A DNA stretch of 56,472 nucleotides from a virus (Duplodnaviria > Caudoviricetes): the IMG/VR virus record IMGVR_UViG_3300032006_000007, positions 1 to 56,472 of that record. The stretch is one strand, 5' to 3'. This document shows, piece after piece, positions 1 to 9,741 of the stretch (positions are counted from its first letter, which is position 1; each line of letters starts with the position of its first letter). Under the pieces are notes generated by a model, which did no database searches, was not told where the DNA came from, and saw only the letters and a list, made by a program, of their open reading frames with translations. Made by a program: the position numbers and the translations under genes.

Positions 1-2
1 AA

Positions 3-2396
3 GATTTTAACTCAGGTGTTCGTGAGTTATATAATAATGAAGCTCGTGCTTGTAGAACAGCAAGAGATCAGTACGGAGCTAGACCTCGCATTGATATTAA
101 GATAGATGTTGAGGAAAGAAACTTCATCATGCACGGTGTTGATTCATTAGGTATTAGTGAGGAAGTATTCAAACAAGTAATAAAAGTTCTTGGTAAGTCA
201 GGTAATTTATCAGGTAATGAAGTAGGACAATTCGGTATGGGATTTGTTTCATATCAAATGCTTACAGATTTCATGGTATTAAATACATGGACAAGAGAAG
301 AAACAGAAGGTAGTGAATATTATACTGCACTATGTAAGGAAGATTTAGCTACAAAGAAAATAGTTGAGAAAGAACCAACATTAGATACACATGGAACTAA
401 ACTACAAATGATATTAAAACCAAACGTAGTTATTAATGAAGTTATTCAAACAATAAAAGATTGTGCAAAGTTCTCACAAATTGAAACAAACATAGAGATT
501 ACTAATAGTGATGATGATGAACTACCTGATCAAGTCATGGCAACAGAACAATATGATTCTGTTAATACATGGTGGGTGTTGAATAATAATATTAGAAAAT
601 ACACACATGAACGTGAAGGTATACAAGAGATTCAGAAACTAAAAGGAGATTCATTATATCGTAGGGTTAAAGCAATTAACTTTATTCATAACATAGCTTA
701 TGAAGATGATGACATAGAATTTAAAGCTGTGTTAGCAACTACAACTAACTATGAGTATGATGATAAGGGTAAACTTAAAAGAGCCATTGGTAATGTAAGC
801 ATTGAAACTGGTTCTGATAATAGACCTTACAGTTATGGTGATGATGAAGATGATTATAAAGGTAATCAAACATTCCTTGTAGGTGTTCCTATTAACACAA
901 ACTTTAATTCATTATCATGGGATGATAATTGGCTTGAAAGAATATTAGAAAATTGTGATTGGTATGTAAATATTAAAAACGAAAGAGTTTACAAACCTAA
1001 CGCAAATCGTGATGACTTGGAAAGAGAAAGCACGGAAGCAATAACAAAATTGTTAGCAAAAGTAATCAAAGAATCATTCAAGAAATATTGGTTAACTTCT
1101 GCTGATGATTACAGACAAACATTAAACAAACCATTGTATCATTCAAATCTTAGAAGTGAATTATCACAACGTATTATATTTGATAGTATGACCAATGAAG
1201 TATTAGACACACTTAATGATCACTACCCAACAGTTGGTAGTCAATGGGGAAAGAGTTTAGAGAGTTTAATTAAAGATGGTAAGACAATTATATCTTTACA
1301 ATCATTGAGATCAGACATGATGAATATGTTTGTTCAACATTTCAAAGATGATACATTAGAATTTATAAGATGTAAAGAGCATGGTAAGTATGATGTCTTA
1401 AAACAATGGGGTGTCATAATTGGTGAAGAATATAAAGCAGAACATAAATTAAAAATTAAAGGAGCTAAGAAAGGTAAAGGTTCTCAAACAATATTAAATG
1501 ATAAACCAGTATCTCTATTTAATAGACATACTTGGGGTGGTTCTGCTTGGGGAAATAGAAGCTGGAGAAATAGAAAGAACTATTCATCAACAATAGGTGA
1601 AGTTAATGAACAGAATGAATTAGAACCACATAGAATAATTCAATTTGATAATAGTAAACAAAACTTTGAAAACACAAAGGATTTCTTTAATGGTTATAGA
1701 TATGACGGAACTAGATATGAGAAGGGTAGTATATTATATTGTAGAGCAAGAAAAGGTTTAACTGTTGATACCCCCGAACAGTTTGTCAGTTGGTTTGAAG
1801 GTAAAACACTTACGACAACTGAAGGTGATCTAACAGTAAGACAACTAAAACAAATTGATAAAGATAATAAAGACATTAAAGTTTATTACTTTGAATATGG
1901 TTTGCCTGATAAAAATACTGCTGAGAAATTAGAAACAGTTAGAGAACTAATAAAAGATAGTGATCATGACACATACAAATCAGCTATAATTGCTTGGGTT
2001 GATAAAGATATGATGAAGAGAGTTGGAATGTATAATGGATTCAAGCATGGTATTGGTGGTTATAGTAGTTTGAAAGGTAGTGGTCTTAACATAAGAGGTG
2101 GAACTTATTCTACTGAAGATAGTTATATGAAAATATTCAAGACAATTCTTAATGATGAGTTCTTTGAAAATCCACACACACAAGAAGTATTAACTCAAGG
2201 AAATGGCTTTGAAACAAATTGTATAACAAGAATCATAAACTTACATAAACATGACAAATTATTTAGTAATGAATATGATAGAATGATACTTGGAATAGTT
2301 CTTAAAGCAGTTAGAGGTGGTGAAATTCCTAATCAAACAGAAGAAACCATGACTGACATATTAATAAAGAGGTTAAACTTAACTGGATATGAGTGA
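3..2396 (+). CDS. GHKL (HSP90-like) ATPase-domain protein, rIIA-like; 5'-truncated by window edge
   Basis: The frame is open upstream of the listed ATG at 129 (DFNSGVRELYNNEARAC...). RELxxN is the GHKL N-box; GQFGMGF (G2) and THGTKL (G3) follow. Confidence 0.75.
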   Translation, partial: DFNSGVRELYNNEARACRTARDQYGARPRIDIKIDVEERNFIMHGVDSLGISEEVFKQVIKVLGKSGNLSGNEVGQFGMGFVSYQMLTDFMVLNTWTREETEGSEYYTALCKEDLATKKIVEKEPTLDTHGTKLQMILKPNVVINEVIQTIKDCAKFSQIETNIEITNSDDDELPDQVMATEQYDSVNTWWVLNNNIRKYTHEREGIQEIQKLKGDSLYRRVKAINFIHNIAYEDDDIEFKAVLATTTNYEYDDKGKLKRAIGNVSIETGSDNRPYSYGDDEDDYKGNQTFLVGVPINTNFNSLSWDDNWLERILENCDWYVNIKNERVYKPNANRDDLERESTEAITKLLAKVIKESFKKYWLTSADDYRQTLNKPLYHSNLRSELSQRIIFDSMTNEVLDTLNDHYPTVGSQWGKSLESLIKDGKTIISLQSLRSDMMNMFVQHFKDDTLEFIRCKEHGKYDVLKQWGVIIGEEYKAEHKLKIKGAKKGKGSQTILNDKPVSLFNRHTWGGSAWGNRSWRNRKNYSSTIGEVNEQNELEPHRIIQFDNSKQNFENTKDFFNGYRYDGTRYEKGSILYCRARKGLTVDTPEQFVSWFEGKTLTTTEGDLTVRQLKQIDKDNKDIKVYYFEYGLPDKNTAEKLETVRELIKDSDHDTYKSAIIAWVDKDMMKRVGMYNGFKHGIGGYSSLKGSGLNIRGGTYSTEDSYMKIFKTILNDEFFENPHTQEVLTQGNGFETNCITRIINLHKHDKLFSNEYDRMILGIVLKAVRGGEIPNQTEETMTDILIKRLNLTGYE

Positions 2397-2691
2397 ACAT
2401 ACTAATAACGGATTCCAGTTAAAGACAGTTCATCATAGAAATGAATGGACTTGCTGGTCTTGTGATGAAACGTTTGAAGGACAAAGAACACCTCATCACT
2501 ATTGGAGAATAAAAGATGTTAGAGGTCAGTATTGGCAAACATGGTTAGCTGGTTGCCCTGATTGTTTTAAGGCTTGGATTAATACTGTATTACTAACAAC
2601 TACTGAGATACAAAAGTATACATCAGAGTATACAACAACAGAAGGATTGGTTGAGTATCTAAACCATGAACATGAGGGTGATTATCAATGA
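2389..2691 (+). CDS. hypothetical Zn-binding protein
   Basis: CWSC...CPDC; overlaps both neighbours. Confidence 0.65.
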   Translation: MSEHTNNGFQLKTVHHRNEWTCWSCDETFEGQRTPHHYWRIKDVRGQYWQTWLAGCPDCFKAWINTVLLTTTEIQKYTSEYTTTEGLVEYLNHEHEGDYQ

Positions 2692-3467
2692 CCTTTCAAA
2701 TTATATCTGAAAGGGAAACAACTCTATTAGTATTAGAGAATGGAAAGATTAAACAATTATCTAAAGACCTTTACAATTTAATAAGAGTAAAGAGATTTAA
2801 TAATGAAAGAATCATACAGACATTTAATGATATTAATAGTGATGATGAGATTGAAGTCCAAGAAACATTTAACAAAGGTATCTTCAATGTAAAATATAAA
2901 GACGTAGTTATTCAACTACGCAATAGGAACAAAGTATGTAGTGGTATTGAGGATTGGTATCATACTAATGAAATTAAATCGTTGGTTGAACAATTCACAG
3001 AACAATATAAAATACAAGAGAGAACCAAGATTGCAAGAGTTATTGCTGGAATGTTCCCTGATGATAGGGTAGTTGCAGTAGATGATGGATTTGAAATTGA
3101 TGGTATTTGGAAAGTTGATAATCAAGGTACTGCCTTTATCAATTCAAAACCACACACAAGATTTTCCGAACACGCAACATATGATCCACACAACCCTGAC
3201 GGAAAAATAGATAACAAATCAAAATGGAAGTTCTTATGTATAGTTCCTAAAGGAAAAATATATCCTACACAAATCGACACGGAGATTGGTAAGGTGGATA
3301 TTACTGAAACAGATGTTGGTATATTATCTAAGATTGCTTTCTTGTTAGACGAAAGAAAAATATTCGATACAGTATTCTTTGATCAAATCAAAGATAAAAG
3401 AACAAGAAAGTTTTTGGAAGATGAATATAAATCAAGAGTAAAACAAGATGAAACAAGAACTGATTAA
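2688..3467 (+). CDS. hypothetical protein
   Basis: 259-aa ORF, ATGA overlap, GAGGGTG SD-like site. Confidence 0.75.
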   Translation: MTFQIISERETTLLVLENGKIKQLSKDLYNLIRVKRFNNERIIQTFNDINSDDEIEVQETFNKGIFNVKYKDVVIQLRNRNKVCSGIEDWYHTNEIKSLVEQFTEQYKIQERTKIARVIAGMFPDDRVVAVDDGFEIDGIWKVDNQGTAFINSKPHTRFSEHATYDPHNPDGKIDNKSKWKFLCIVPKGKIYPTQIDTEIGKVDITETDVGILSKIAFLLDERKIFDTVFFDQIKDKRTRKFLEDEYKSRVKQDETRTD

Positions 3468-4269
3468 TTTAAATTACGTTCTATATAATTATCTGCTTGG
3501 TATTAACCACGCATTTAATTATGTAGAAGATAGTCCTTTCAAGATAGTTCCTAAGTGGCAAACATTTAAGGAAGTTTATTTCTATCTGACAGGTAAGACA
3601 ACAGATTACTTGACATCAACAAGTAAGATGGAGAACGGTTCGTTTGGTTATAGTGCTAGTAATTGTAAAGCTGGTGGACACTTACAAAAGATAAAGAATA
3701 GTATATGTTCTATATGTTATGGTATGGTTGGTTGCTATGCTTTTAAGAATTACATAACTAAATCAAAAAGAACTGTTGAATCTGTAAGCAAAAGCTTTTG
3801 GAAAGAAGCTATGGTATTTATTATACAACGCAAAGGATTCAAAGAGTTTCGTTGGTTTGACAATGGAGATTTATTATCAGATAAAATGCTACGTGATGTA
3901 TTTTATATCGCAGAACATACGCCTGATGTAAAACATTGGTTGCCAACAAAAGAATATAGAATGGTAAAGCGTGTGATTGAGAGTGGTTTACACAAACCTG
4001 ATAACCTTGACATTAGATTGTCAGCGTTTAATATTAATGGTAAGCCACCAACAAAATTAGCACGTAGGTTAGGAGTTAATTGCTCGGTGGCATTAACAAC
4101 AGATGAGTTTAACAAACGCAAGGATGGATTCAAATGTCATACTGGTCATTCAATTAAAGACCAGTTCAAAGAATCAAAACCAGAACTGTATGAAATACTA
4201 TCATCATGCTCTGGTTGTACTGCTTGTTATAATAATAAGGTAGATGTTATCTACTACGAGGTGCATTAA
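3448..4269 (+). CDS. phage GP88-like protein (putative Fe-S/radical-SAM-like)
   Basis: Cx13CxxC-YG...FRWFDNGDL...HWLPTKE...IRLSA plus C-terminal CSGCTAC, as in the gene-product-88 family. Confidence 0.7.
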   Translation: MKQELINLNYVLYNYLLGINHAFNYVEDSPFKIVPKWQTFKEVYFYLTGKTTDYLTSTSKMENGSFGYSASNCKAGGHLQKIKNSICSICYGMVGCYAFKNYITKSKRTVESVSKSFWKEAMVFIIQRKGFKEFRWFDNGDLLSDKMLRDVFYIAEHTPDVKHWLPTKEYRMVKRVIESGLHKPDNLDIRLSAFNINGKPPTKLARRLGVNCSVALTTDEFNKRKDGFKCHTGHSIKDQFKESKPELYEILSSCSGCTACYNNKVDVIYYEVH

Positions 4270-4340
4270 ATGATTAATTATTTAATAGGTCATGGTCATT
4301 TGATTCTACCTAAATTAATATTTATGCTGGTGGTTCATGT

Positions 4341-4589
4341 ATGAGATATAAAATAAAAGTTAAGAAGAAAAGAATTATGTCGCCAAGACATGAACATAAA
4401 TTACTTCGAGGTTTGTTAGCATACTATGGACTAGAAGATTTTATTCAATGCACACAATGTAATAAGAGATTCTATGAAGAAAAAACATTTCAAACACATA
4501 TGTTATTTAAACACGGAAGATTTATAAGTAGCATAGAAAAAGCAAGAGACATGATGTTATGTACATTTAAGAGGGTGCGTGAACAATGA
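4341..4589 (+). CDS. C2H2 zinc-finger protein
   Basis: CTQCNKRF...HMLFKH. Confidence 0.7.
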   Translation: MRYKIKVKKKRIMSPRHEHKLLRGLLAYYGLEDFIQCTQCNKRFYEEKTFQTHMLFKHGRFISSIEKARDMMLCTFKRVREQ

Positions 4590-4807
4590 GTACATGGATT
4601 AAGATGTTCGCAACACAAGATGGACATCCCGAACCTATTGATCAAACAGTTAACAAATGGTTAATAAGTAATCCTTCAATCAATCTAATTGATATTAAAT
4701 ATAAATTACATTACAATAACAATGCGTACATAGATGTTGTAATTGTTGTGTATGAATCCTCGCAAGAACCTTACGTTGATTGGAAGAAAGGAGATGAACA
4801 GGCATGA
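4586..4807 (+). CDS. hypothetical protein
   Basis: ATGA-coupled, GAGGGTG upstream. Confidence 0.65.
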   Translation: MSTWIKMFATQDGHPEPIDQTVNKWLISNPSINLIDIKYKLHYNNNAYIDVVIVVYESSQEPYVDWKKGDEQA

Positions 4808-4986
4808 TTCTAGTACGCAATTCTGAATGGAGAGTATGTAGTATGTGCAAACGCAACATTGAAGAAGGAGAAAAGTATCTCGCAAAATGTAAAGAACGTT
4901 CTGACCGTACTGCTCATTGTGTTTATTGTTTACGTGATGAATGTGATGATGTTATTAATCAATATCATTATGGGGATGTAGCCTGA
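4804..4986 (+). CDS. small Zn-finger protein
   Basis: CSMC...HCVYC; ATGA overlap. Confidence 0.65.
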   Translation: MILVRNSEWRVCSMCKRNIEEGEKYLAKCKERSDRTAHCVYCLRDECDDVINQYHYGDVA

Positions 4987-5056
4987 TGAGTTGTACACCA
5001 ACTAATATCAAAATAATACTTTTTTTTCAGGCAAAAATTGGAGATGAATTTTCAAA

Positions 5057-5245
5057 ATGAAATTTGAAATTGCAAAAAATGACGTTTTTAACGCTATTGA
5101 CGGTATTTATGCAAATGACGGTCATATAGATTGTATATATTGTGGAAATGCAATTTTAAACCCAAATTCACTTGTTTTATGGTCTAATGAGATTGTTCAT
5201 GTAAAATGTGCTGTTAAATGGAAAAAAGAGGTTGATAACGCATGA
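5057..5245 (+). CDS. small Zn-binding protein
   Basis: CIYC...HVKC; GGAG upstream. Confidence 0.6.
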   Translation: MKFEIAKNDVFNAIDGIYANDGHIDCIYCGNAILNPNSLVLWSNEIVHVKCAVKWKKEVDNA

Positions 5246-5838
5246 GATGTAAGAATTGTCCAAGAACTTCCAAGGCAAGCTATAGAAAAACAGCAAAATG
5301 TTGGAAAAAATGGCAACTATGTGGTCAATGTGCTGTTAAACTACACCCTGAAGAATTTACTGAAGCCCAAATAAAATCATGGTCAGAAATGCCTGTGGTA
5401 AAAGAAACTCCTACTATAAGTAAGGGTTATGCTTGGACTTTAAAAAGGAGAGCACGTATGCACACACATTGTTTACAATGTAATGCTTCTTTAGAAGGTA
5501 GACATTATAATGCAAAGTATTGTAGTAATTACTGTAAAAGGATAGCGTATAATAGTAGACACGCCTATGAAAATAGGAAAATATACTTTAAAAATTGGTA
5601 TAAAAATACAAAAATTGAAAGGTTGGCTAAATCTTATGCAAAAGACTGTCAATTATGTGGTAGAAATATACATGAGGTAAACCCTACAAAAAAACTGATA
5701 GATAAGTTCTGTGGTCATAAATGTATGCAAATTTATAATCACATGAGTTCTAAGAAAAAAGAAATTAAAGATACTAAGGTTAGAATACCTTTGACTAAAT
5801 ACTTAGACCTATTACGAGGTGGACACCTTGAACAATAA
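5242..5838 (+). CDS. multi zinc-finger (treble-clef-like) protein
   Basis: CKNC..CGQC, CLQC..YCSNYC, CQLC..FCGHKC. Confidence 0.65.
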   Translation: MRCKNCPRTSKASYRKTAKCWKKWQLCGQCAVKLHPEEFTEAQIKSWSEMPVVKETPTISKGYAWTLKRRARMHTHCLQCNASLEGRHYNAKYCSNYCKRIAYNSRHAYENRKIYFKNWYKNTKIERLAKSYAKDCQLCGRNIHEVNPTKKLIDKFCGHKCMQIYNHMSSKKKEIKDTKVRIPLTKYLDLLRGGHLEQ

Positions 5839-6061
5839 GTGTATAGGTAGACATGACTTCGCAGAAGTCAATAGAACATACAACGGCAATGTTTTCTGTG
5901 CAAGCTGTAATATTTTTATAAAAAGAACAGAAGAAAAACAGAGATGTCCTTGCTGTAATGGTAATGTTAGATACCGTTCAAAGTATAGCTTTGGAAAGCG
6001 TAAAAAACACTACATTTATAATGAGGATAAACCTGTATACAAAGTGATAAAAAATGAATAA
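5819..6061 (+). CDS. Zn-ribbon protein
   Basis: FCASC...CPCC. Confidence 0.65.
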   Translation: MDTLNNKCIGRHDFAEVNRTYNGNVFCASCNIFIKRTEEKQRCPCCNGNVRYRSKYSFGKRKKHYIYNEDKPVYKVIKNE

Positions 6062-6473
6062 CGAAATAGATCAAACCGATTGGATGATTATGGGTATGAT
6101 TCATGCCTATAAGATAATCGAAAAAACAAAGGAATCTGATGAAGAATACTCATTAAATGAAGTAGACTTTCCTTATCTCATAGAAATGCAACGTAGAGAT
6201 ATTGAAAAACCAGATTTATTATCGCAGAGTTACCCATACATTTTTGAGAATGGTAATGATTCTGCACACGACCAAGTTCACGTTGGAATGATGAATGTAT
6301 TTCACATACTACATGAACAGTTGCAACAAGGTGAGGATTTAAATAATTTAAAAATTAAATTCTTAATAAATGCACTAACAAAAGAAATGTTAGAGCCTGA
6401 ACTCGTTGAAAGATACGAAGATATATTCAGGCAGATTGATGAAACCCATGATGAAAGGGAGGATTTGAGATGA
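6054..6473 (+). CDS. hypothetical acidic protein
   Basis: 139-aa ORF in a coupled array. Confidence 0.7.
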   Translation: MNNEIDQTDWMIMGMIHAYKIIEKTKESDEEYSLNEVDFPYLIEMQRRDIEKPDLLSQSYPYIFENGNDSAHDQVHVGMMNVFHILHEQLQQGEDLNNLKIKFLINALTKEMLEPELVERYEDIFRQIDETHDEREDLR

Positions 6474-6625
6474 GTCATAAAAGTAAACACATTGAAATAT
6501 CCTCTAAATTAATAGAGATAGATGAAATCTTAGACAAGTGTAGGAATGGATTTAATGACGGTCTATTATTTACTGCTAAGATTAAACTTGATGAGATAAA
6601 TAAAATTATGGAGAGTAAAGAATGA
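6470..6625 (+). CDS. 51-aa hypothetical protein (not in ORF track)
   Basis: MSHKSKHIEISSKLIEIDEILDKC...; ATGA overlaps at both ends, GGAGG upstream. Confidence 0.65.
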   Translation: MSHKSKHIEISSKLIEIDEILDKCRNGFNDGLLFTAKIKLDEINKIMESKE

Positions 6626-7290
6626 GTTCTTACACACAAGTACAAGCAGAAAACTTTGCAAAGCATGAAACAACTGCTGAGGATTGGGAAGTCTGTGAGT
6701 TTGATGGCTTCTTAAATGGTCGCCCAAACTACAAGAGAAGATTTCCACAAGTGCAAGGTTGGTCAATGGGTAATGCAATAGCAGAATACCTAGCTGGTGA
6801 ATTACATTGTGAATTATGTGGACACCCAATAGTTTATGACCACTACATTGAATGTGAGAGTAAAGAGATGACTATGATGGTTGGCTCTGATTGTGTTAAC
6901 TCATTTAAAGGTGCTCACTTTTCAGAGAAACTTGAGAAAGTATATCGTGAAGAACAAACACGTAAAATGTTTGACGAGTGGATAATATCTGCATGGGAAG
7001 AGTTCAAAGAGATTTATAGTGGTGGTAGTCGTTGGAATGATGGTATAAGATACCATGATAAAAAGCAATGGGCATACATGAAGGAAATAAGAAAGATTGT
7101 AGGGTTTGGAAGACCAAGAGGTGTCTACGCACCTTATGGTGTAGTTGTGACTGATCCGTCAGAACTATCTACTAGAAAGTTGTTGGGCATAATGAAAAGA
7201 GGTGCACAGAATGGACTTAAATTACCTGAACTATACTTCAAGATAATTGAGAAGAGACCTCTACCTAGAAAGAAGGAGGAATCGAAATGA
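6622..7290 (+). CDS. hypothetical protein with Zn-binding motif
   Basis: CELCGHPI...VGSDCV. Confidence 0.7.
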   Translation: MSSYTQVQAENFAKHETTAEDWEVCEFDGFLNGRPNYKRRFPQVQGWSMGNAIAEYLAGELHCELCGHPIVYDHYIECESKEMTMMVGSDCVNSFKGAHFSEKLEKVYREEQTRKMFDEWIISAWEEFKEIYSGGSRWNDGIRYHDKKQWAYMKEIRKIVGFGRPRGVYAPYGVVVTDPSELSTRKLLGIMKRGAQNGLKLPELYFKIIEKRPLPRKKEESK

Positions 7291-7463
7291 GTGAGAATAA
7301 ATTCTGTCTTGATTGTATATATGGACGTGATCATTTATATTTAGATGGTACTGAAATACATAGGATAGTAAGACCAGATGATATTCTATATTATCGTGGT
7401 AATGATACAGAACCATTTGTAACTGGTAGTTATTTCTGTGACAAGGAGAAAGAAAATGAGTGA
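7287..7463 (+). CDS. 58-aa hypothetical protein (not in ORF track)
   Basis: MSENKFCLDCIYGRDH...; ATGA overlap, GGAGG upstream. Confidence 0.6.
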   Translation: MSENKFCLDCIYGRDHLYLDGTEIHRIVRPDDILYYRGNDTEPFVTGSYFCDKEKENE

Positions 7464-7707
7464 AGAAGATAAATGGTTAGGAGATTATGGTAATATTATA
7501 TCTCTTGCAAACTTTCTTGTAGAAGTTAAGGGGTTTGATACAGAAAACCTATTGTATTTTATAGAAAAACCATACAAGTTTGATAATGAATACAAGGAGA
7601 TGAAATACTATCATGAAAATGATATCTATCCTTATGGAGATAATGAATTTACGGGCTTTGTAAATCCACATCTTCAAGATAAAAAATCAGAGGAGGTGCA
7701 CTCGTAA
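7456..7707 (+). CDS. hypothetical protein
   Basis: ATG at 7456 with GGAG upstream is preferred over the listed GTG at 7438. Confidence 0.65.
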   Translation: MSEEDKWLGDYGNIISLANFLVEVKGFDTENLLYFIEKPYKFDNEYKEMKYYHENDIYPYGDNEFTGFVNPHLQDKKSEEVHS

Positions 7708-7992
7708 ATTCCGAAGTCATATCGTTCTGAACAAAAAATTATCTATGATATATTAGATACAACAAACTATCAAGGGCGTGATGGTATTACTATCACCCCC
7801 CTGATAGAAAAGGCTAATCTATCTTATAAAAGAATCAATCCATTCATCGCTAAACTTACTACAAATGGTATGATGAATAAGATTGAGGTTAAGGGTAAGA
7901 ATGTATTTGTTATTACTGAGGTTGGTCAGTTATTCCTAGAGGAATATAAAAAGTTCGATGACTTTGCTAAGTCTATGGGGTTAGAACTATGA
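7708..7992 (+). CDS. archaeal winged-helix transcriptional regulator, apparent ATT start (not in ORF track)
   Basis: IPKSYRSEQKIIYDIL...ITPLIEKANLSYKRI...FVITEVGQLFLEEYKKF..GLEL fits the archaeal YRS/ANLSY/ITEKG wHTH pattern. GAGGAGGTG lies 9 nt before the ATT; the TGA overlaps the next ATG. Confidence 0.8.
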   Translation: MPKSYRSEQKIIYDILDTTNYQGRDGITITPLIEKANLSYKRINPFIAKLTTNGMMNKIEVKGKNVFVITEVGQLFLEEYKKFDDFAKSMGLEL

Positions 7993-8564
7993 AAGTTTTA
8001 CTTGCTTGTGAATGCTCAGGTATAGAAAGAGATGCATTTAGAAAACTAGGACATGATGCATGGTCGTGTGATATAAAACCAGATGAAAATGGTAATGATA
8101 AATATCACATACAAGATGATGTATTAAATCACTTAGATGAAGGTTGGGATATGATGATAGGACACCCTGTTTGTACATTTATTTGTAGAAACAGAGCTAG
8201 ACTTAATGAAAAAGAAAACAAAGAAATAGACACAAGTTTATTTATGTCTTTACTTAATGCACCAATAGAAAAGATTTGTATTGAGAATCCAGTGCCTTCG
8301 TTAAAGGCAGAGCTTCCTAAGTATGATCAGATAATACAACCATACCAATTTGGACATGACCACTCTAAGAAAACTTGTCTTTGGTTGAAGAACCTACCTA
8401 AATTAAAACCAACAAAAATAGTAAAAATAACATACATAACTACAAAGAATGGTCATAGATATACAAGAGGTTGGTATGAAACACCTAGAAATTCTACTGA
8501 TAGAAGTCGTGCTTTCACAGGTATTGCTAATGCTATGGCTAAACAATGGGGTTGTAAAGTATGA
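7989..8564 (+). CDS. short phage-type DNA (cytosine-5) methyltransferase
   Basis: KVLLACECSG (motif I), AWSCDI, HPVCT (catalytic Cys, motif IV variant), ENP (motif VI), C-terminal GIANAMAKQW. Confidence 0.75.
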   Translation: MKVLLACECSGIERDAFRKLGHDAWSCDIKPDENGNDKYHIQDDVLNHLDEGWDMMIGHPVCTFICRNRARLNEKENKEIDTSLFMSLLNAPIEKICIENPVPSLKAELPKYDQIIQPYQFGHDHSKKTCLWLKNLPKLKPTKIVKITYITTKNGHRYTRGWYETPRNSTDRSRAFTGIANAMAKQWGCKV

Positions 8565-8761
8565 GGTGTTTAAGGTGCCACAAAACTGTAAAGACTACTA
8601 ACCTATGGTTAAGAAGAAAATATACTTGGGCTGATGATAATCGAGGTTCATATAGAAGTAGCGCATACAGTTGGAAGTGGCAGATATGTCCTACGTGTAT
8701 GAAGTACGCAAAAAAGCATAGATTTATATTGGAGAAGGATAACGATTGGTCATGCAATTAA
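8561..8761 (+). CDS. small Zn-finger protein
   Basis: MRCLRC...WQICPTC; resembles the N-terminus of 5242..5838. Confidence 0.6.
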   Translation: MRCLRCHKTVKTTNLWLRRKYTWADDNRGSYRSSAYSWKWQICPTCMKYAKKHRFILEKDNDWSCN

Positions 8762-8994
8762 CTGATAGAGAGAAATTTATTGCACATTATTTATCTGTGA
8801 CTATAATAGGTATGCTTGACAACCAACCAAAGAGTGCTATGCAGAAAGTTGTTGAGACTTTACGTCAAAGTAGAACAAGAAAGATAACACAAGAAGAAGC
8901 ACATGAAATCATTGAGTATCTTAATGATGAGTTTGTAAACGCAGGTGCCCTACTTAATCATAGACGTAGAGAATTAAATGATGAGTGGAAGTAA
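8746..8994 (+). CDS. hypothetical protein
   Basis: 82-aa helical ORF in array. Confidence 0.65.
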   Translation: MVMQLTDREKFIAHYLSVTIIGMLDNQPKSAMQKVVETLRQSRTRKITQEEAHEIIEYLNDEFVNAGALLNHRRRELNDEWK

Positions 8995-9236
8995 TGGGAG
9001 TATTAAAGAAGTATGATTTTGTATGTGCAAACATTAATTGTGGTTTTACACTCACTGGTTATGAAATTGGTAGACAAAAGTATTCAAGGAAGTATAGGTT
9101 CTGCAAAAAATGCAGGTCAAGCAACAGAGAATTGACTTGGTTATGTCGTAGTTGTGGTAAGTATATGACATCTTCATTAAATGTGTATGGAAAATACTAT
9201 TGTAATTCTAGATGTGTTAAACCAATGACTCATTAG
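8985..9236 (+). CDS. Zn-finger protein
   Basis: CANINC..FCKKC..CRSC..YCNSRC. Confidence 0.6.
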   Translation: MEVMGVLKKYDFVCANINCGFTLTGYEIGRQKYSRKYRFCKKCRSSNRELTWLCRSCGKYMTSSLNVYGKYYCNSRCVKPMTH

Positions 9237-9468
9237 CCCACGCCATTTGATATATTATATCTTCCTCTTGTTTTTCATCTAGTGTTTCATCAAAGTCGTT
9301 GATACATTTATGAACTAATTCGTGGGTTATAGTACCTAGTATATCTGTGAGGTTTTCGTGGTTGCTAAGATATATAATAATCCTACCAGTTTCTCCGTAG
9401 AAAATACCCCTCTCATCACAGCCTACTACTTTAAAGTCCATCATATGTAAAGATATAAATAAGGTCAA
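9217..9468 (-). CDS. minimal HExxH zincin-like metallopeptidase
   Basis: TITHELVH plus downstream EE; the real start is probably the internal ATG near 9444. Confidence 0.6.
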   Translation of the reverse strand: MTLFISLHMMDFKVVGCDERGIFYGETGRIIIYLSNHENLTDILGTITHELVHKCINDFDETLDEKQEEDIIYQMAWANESLV

Positions 9469-9483
9469 ATTTATAATTTTCCT

Positions 9484-9741
9484 ATGTCATACATTCGTAG
9501 ATTCATGGAATGGTATAATCGTAGGATGGTTGAGAGCCTTTCGATATCAGCAGTTATTTTATACCTTCAAATCCCTCATTCTTGGTGGGCTCTGGAGTGT
9601 GTATTTGGTCAAGGTTTTTTACACGGACATGGTATAGTTGTTGACTTCTTATTATATGGTATTGATACTCTAGAAATGATACCTATTATTGGTGTAACAT
9701 TGACGTTGATAGCGAGGTATAAAGTTGGACGTTCCAAATAG
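9484..9741 (+). CDS. small membrane protein
   Basis: Two hydrophobic segments; TATA-like ATATAAAT about 25-30 nt upstream. Confidence 0.7.
   Translation: MSYIRRFMEWYNRRMVESLSISAVILYLQIPHSWWALECVFGQGFLHGHGIVVDFLLYGIDTLEMIPIIGVTLTLIARYKVGRSK

Noticed and set aside
7705-7707. Genome-wide stop-codon reassignment suggested by the in-frame TAA before the wHTH
   Set aside because: TAA, TAG and TGA all end conserved genes normally elsewhere.
9484-9741. amoC or other ammonia monooxygenase subunit among small membrane proteins
   Set aside because: Too short, and lacks recognisable AmoA/B/C motifs.
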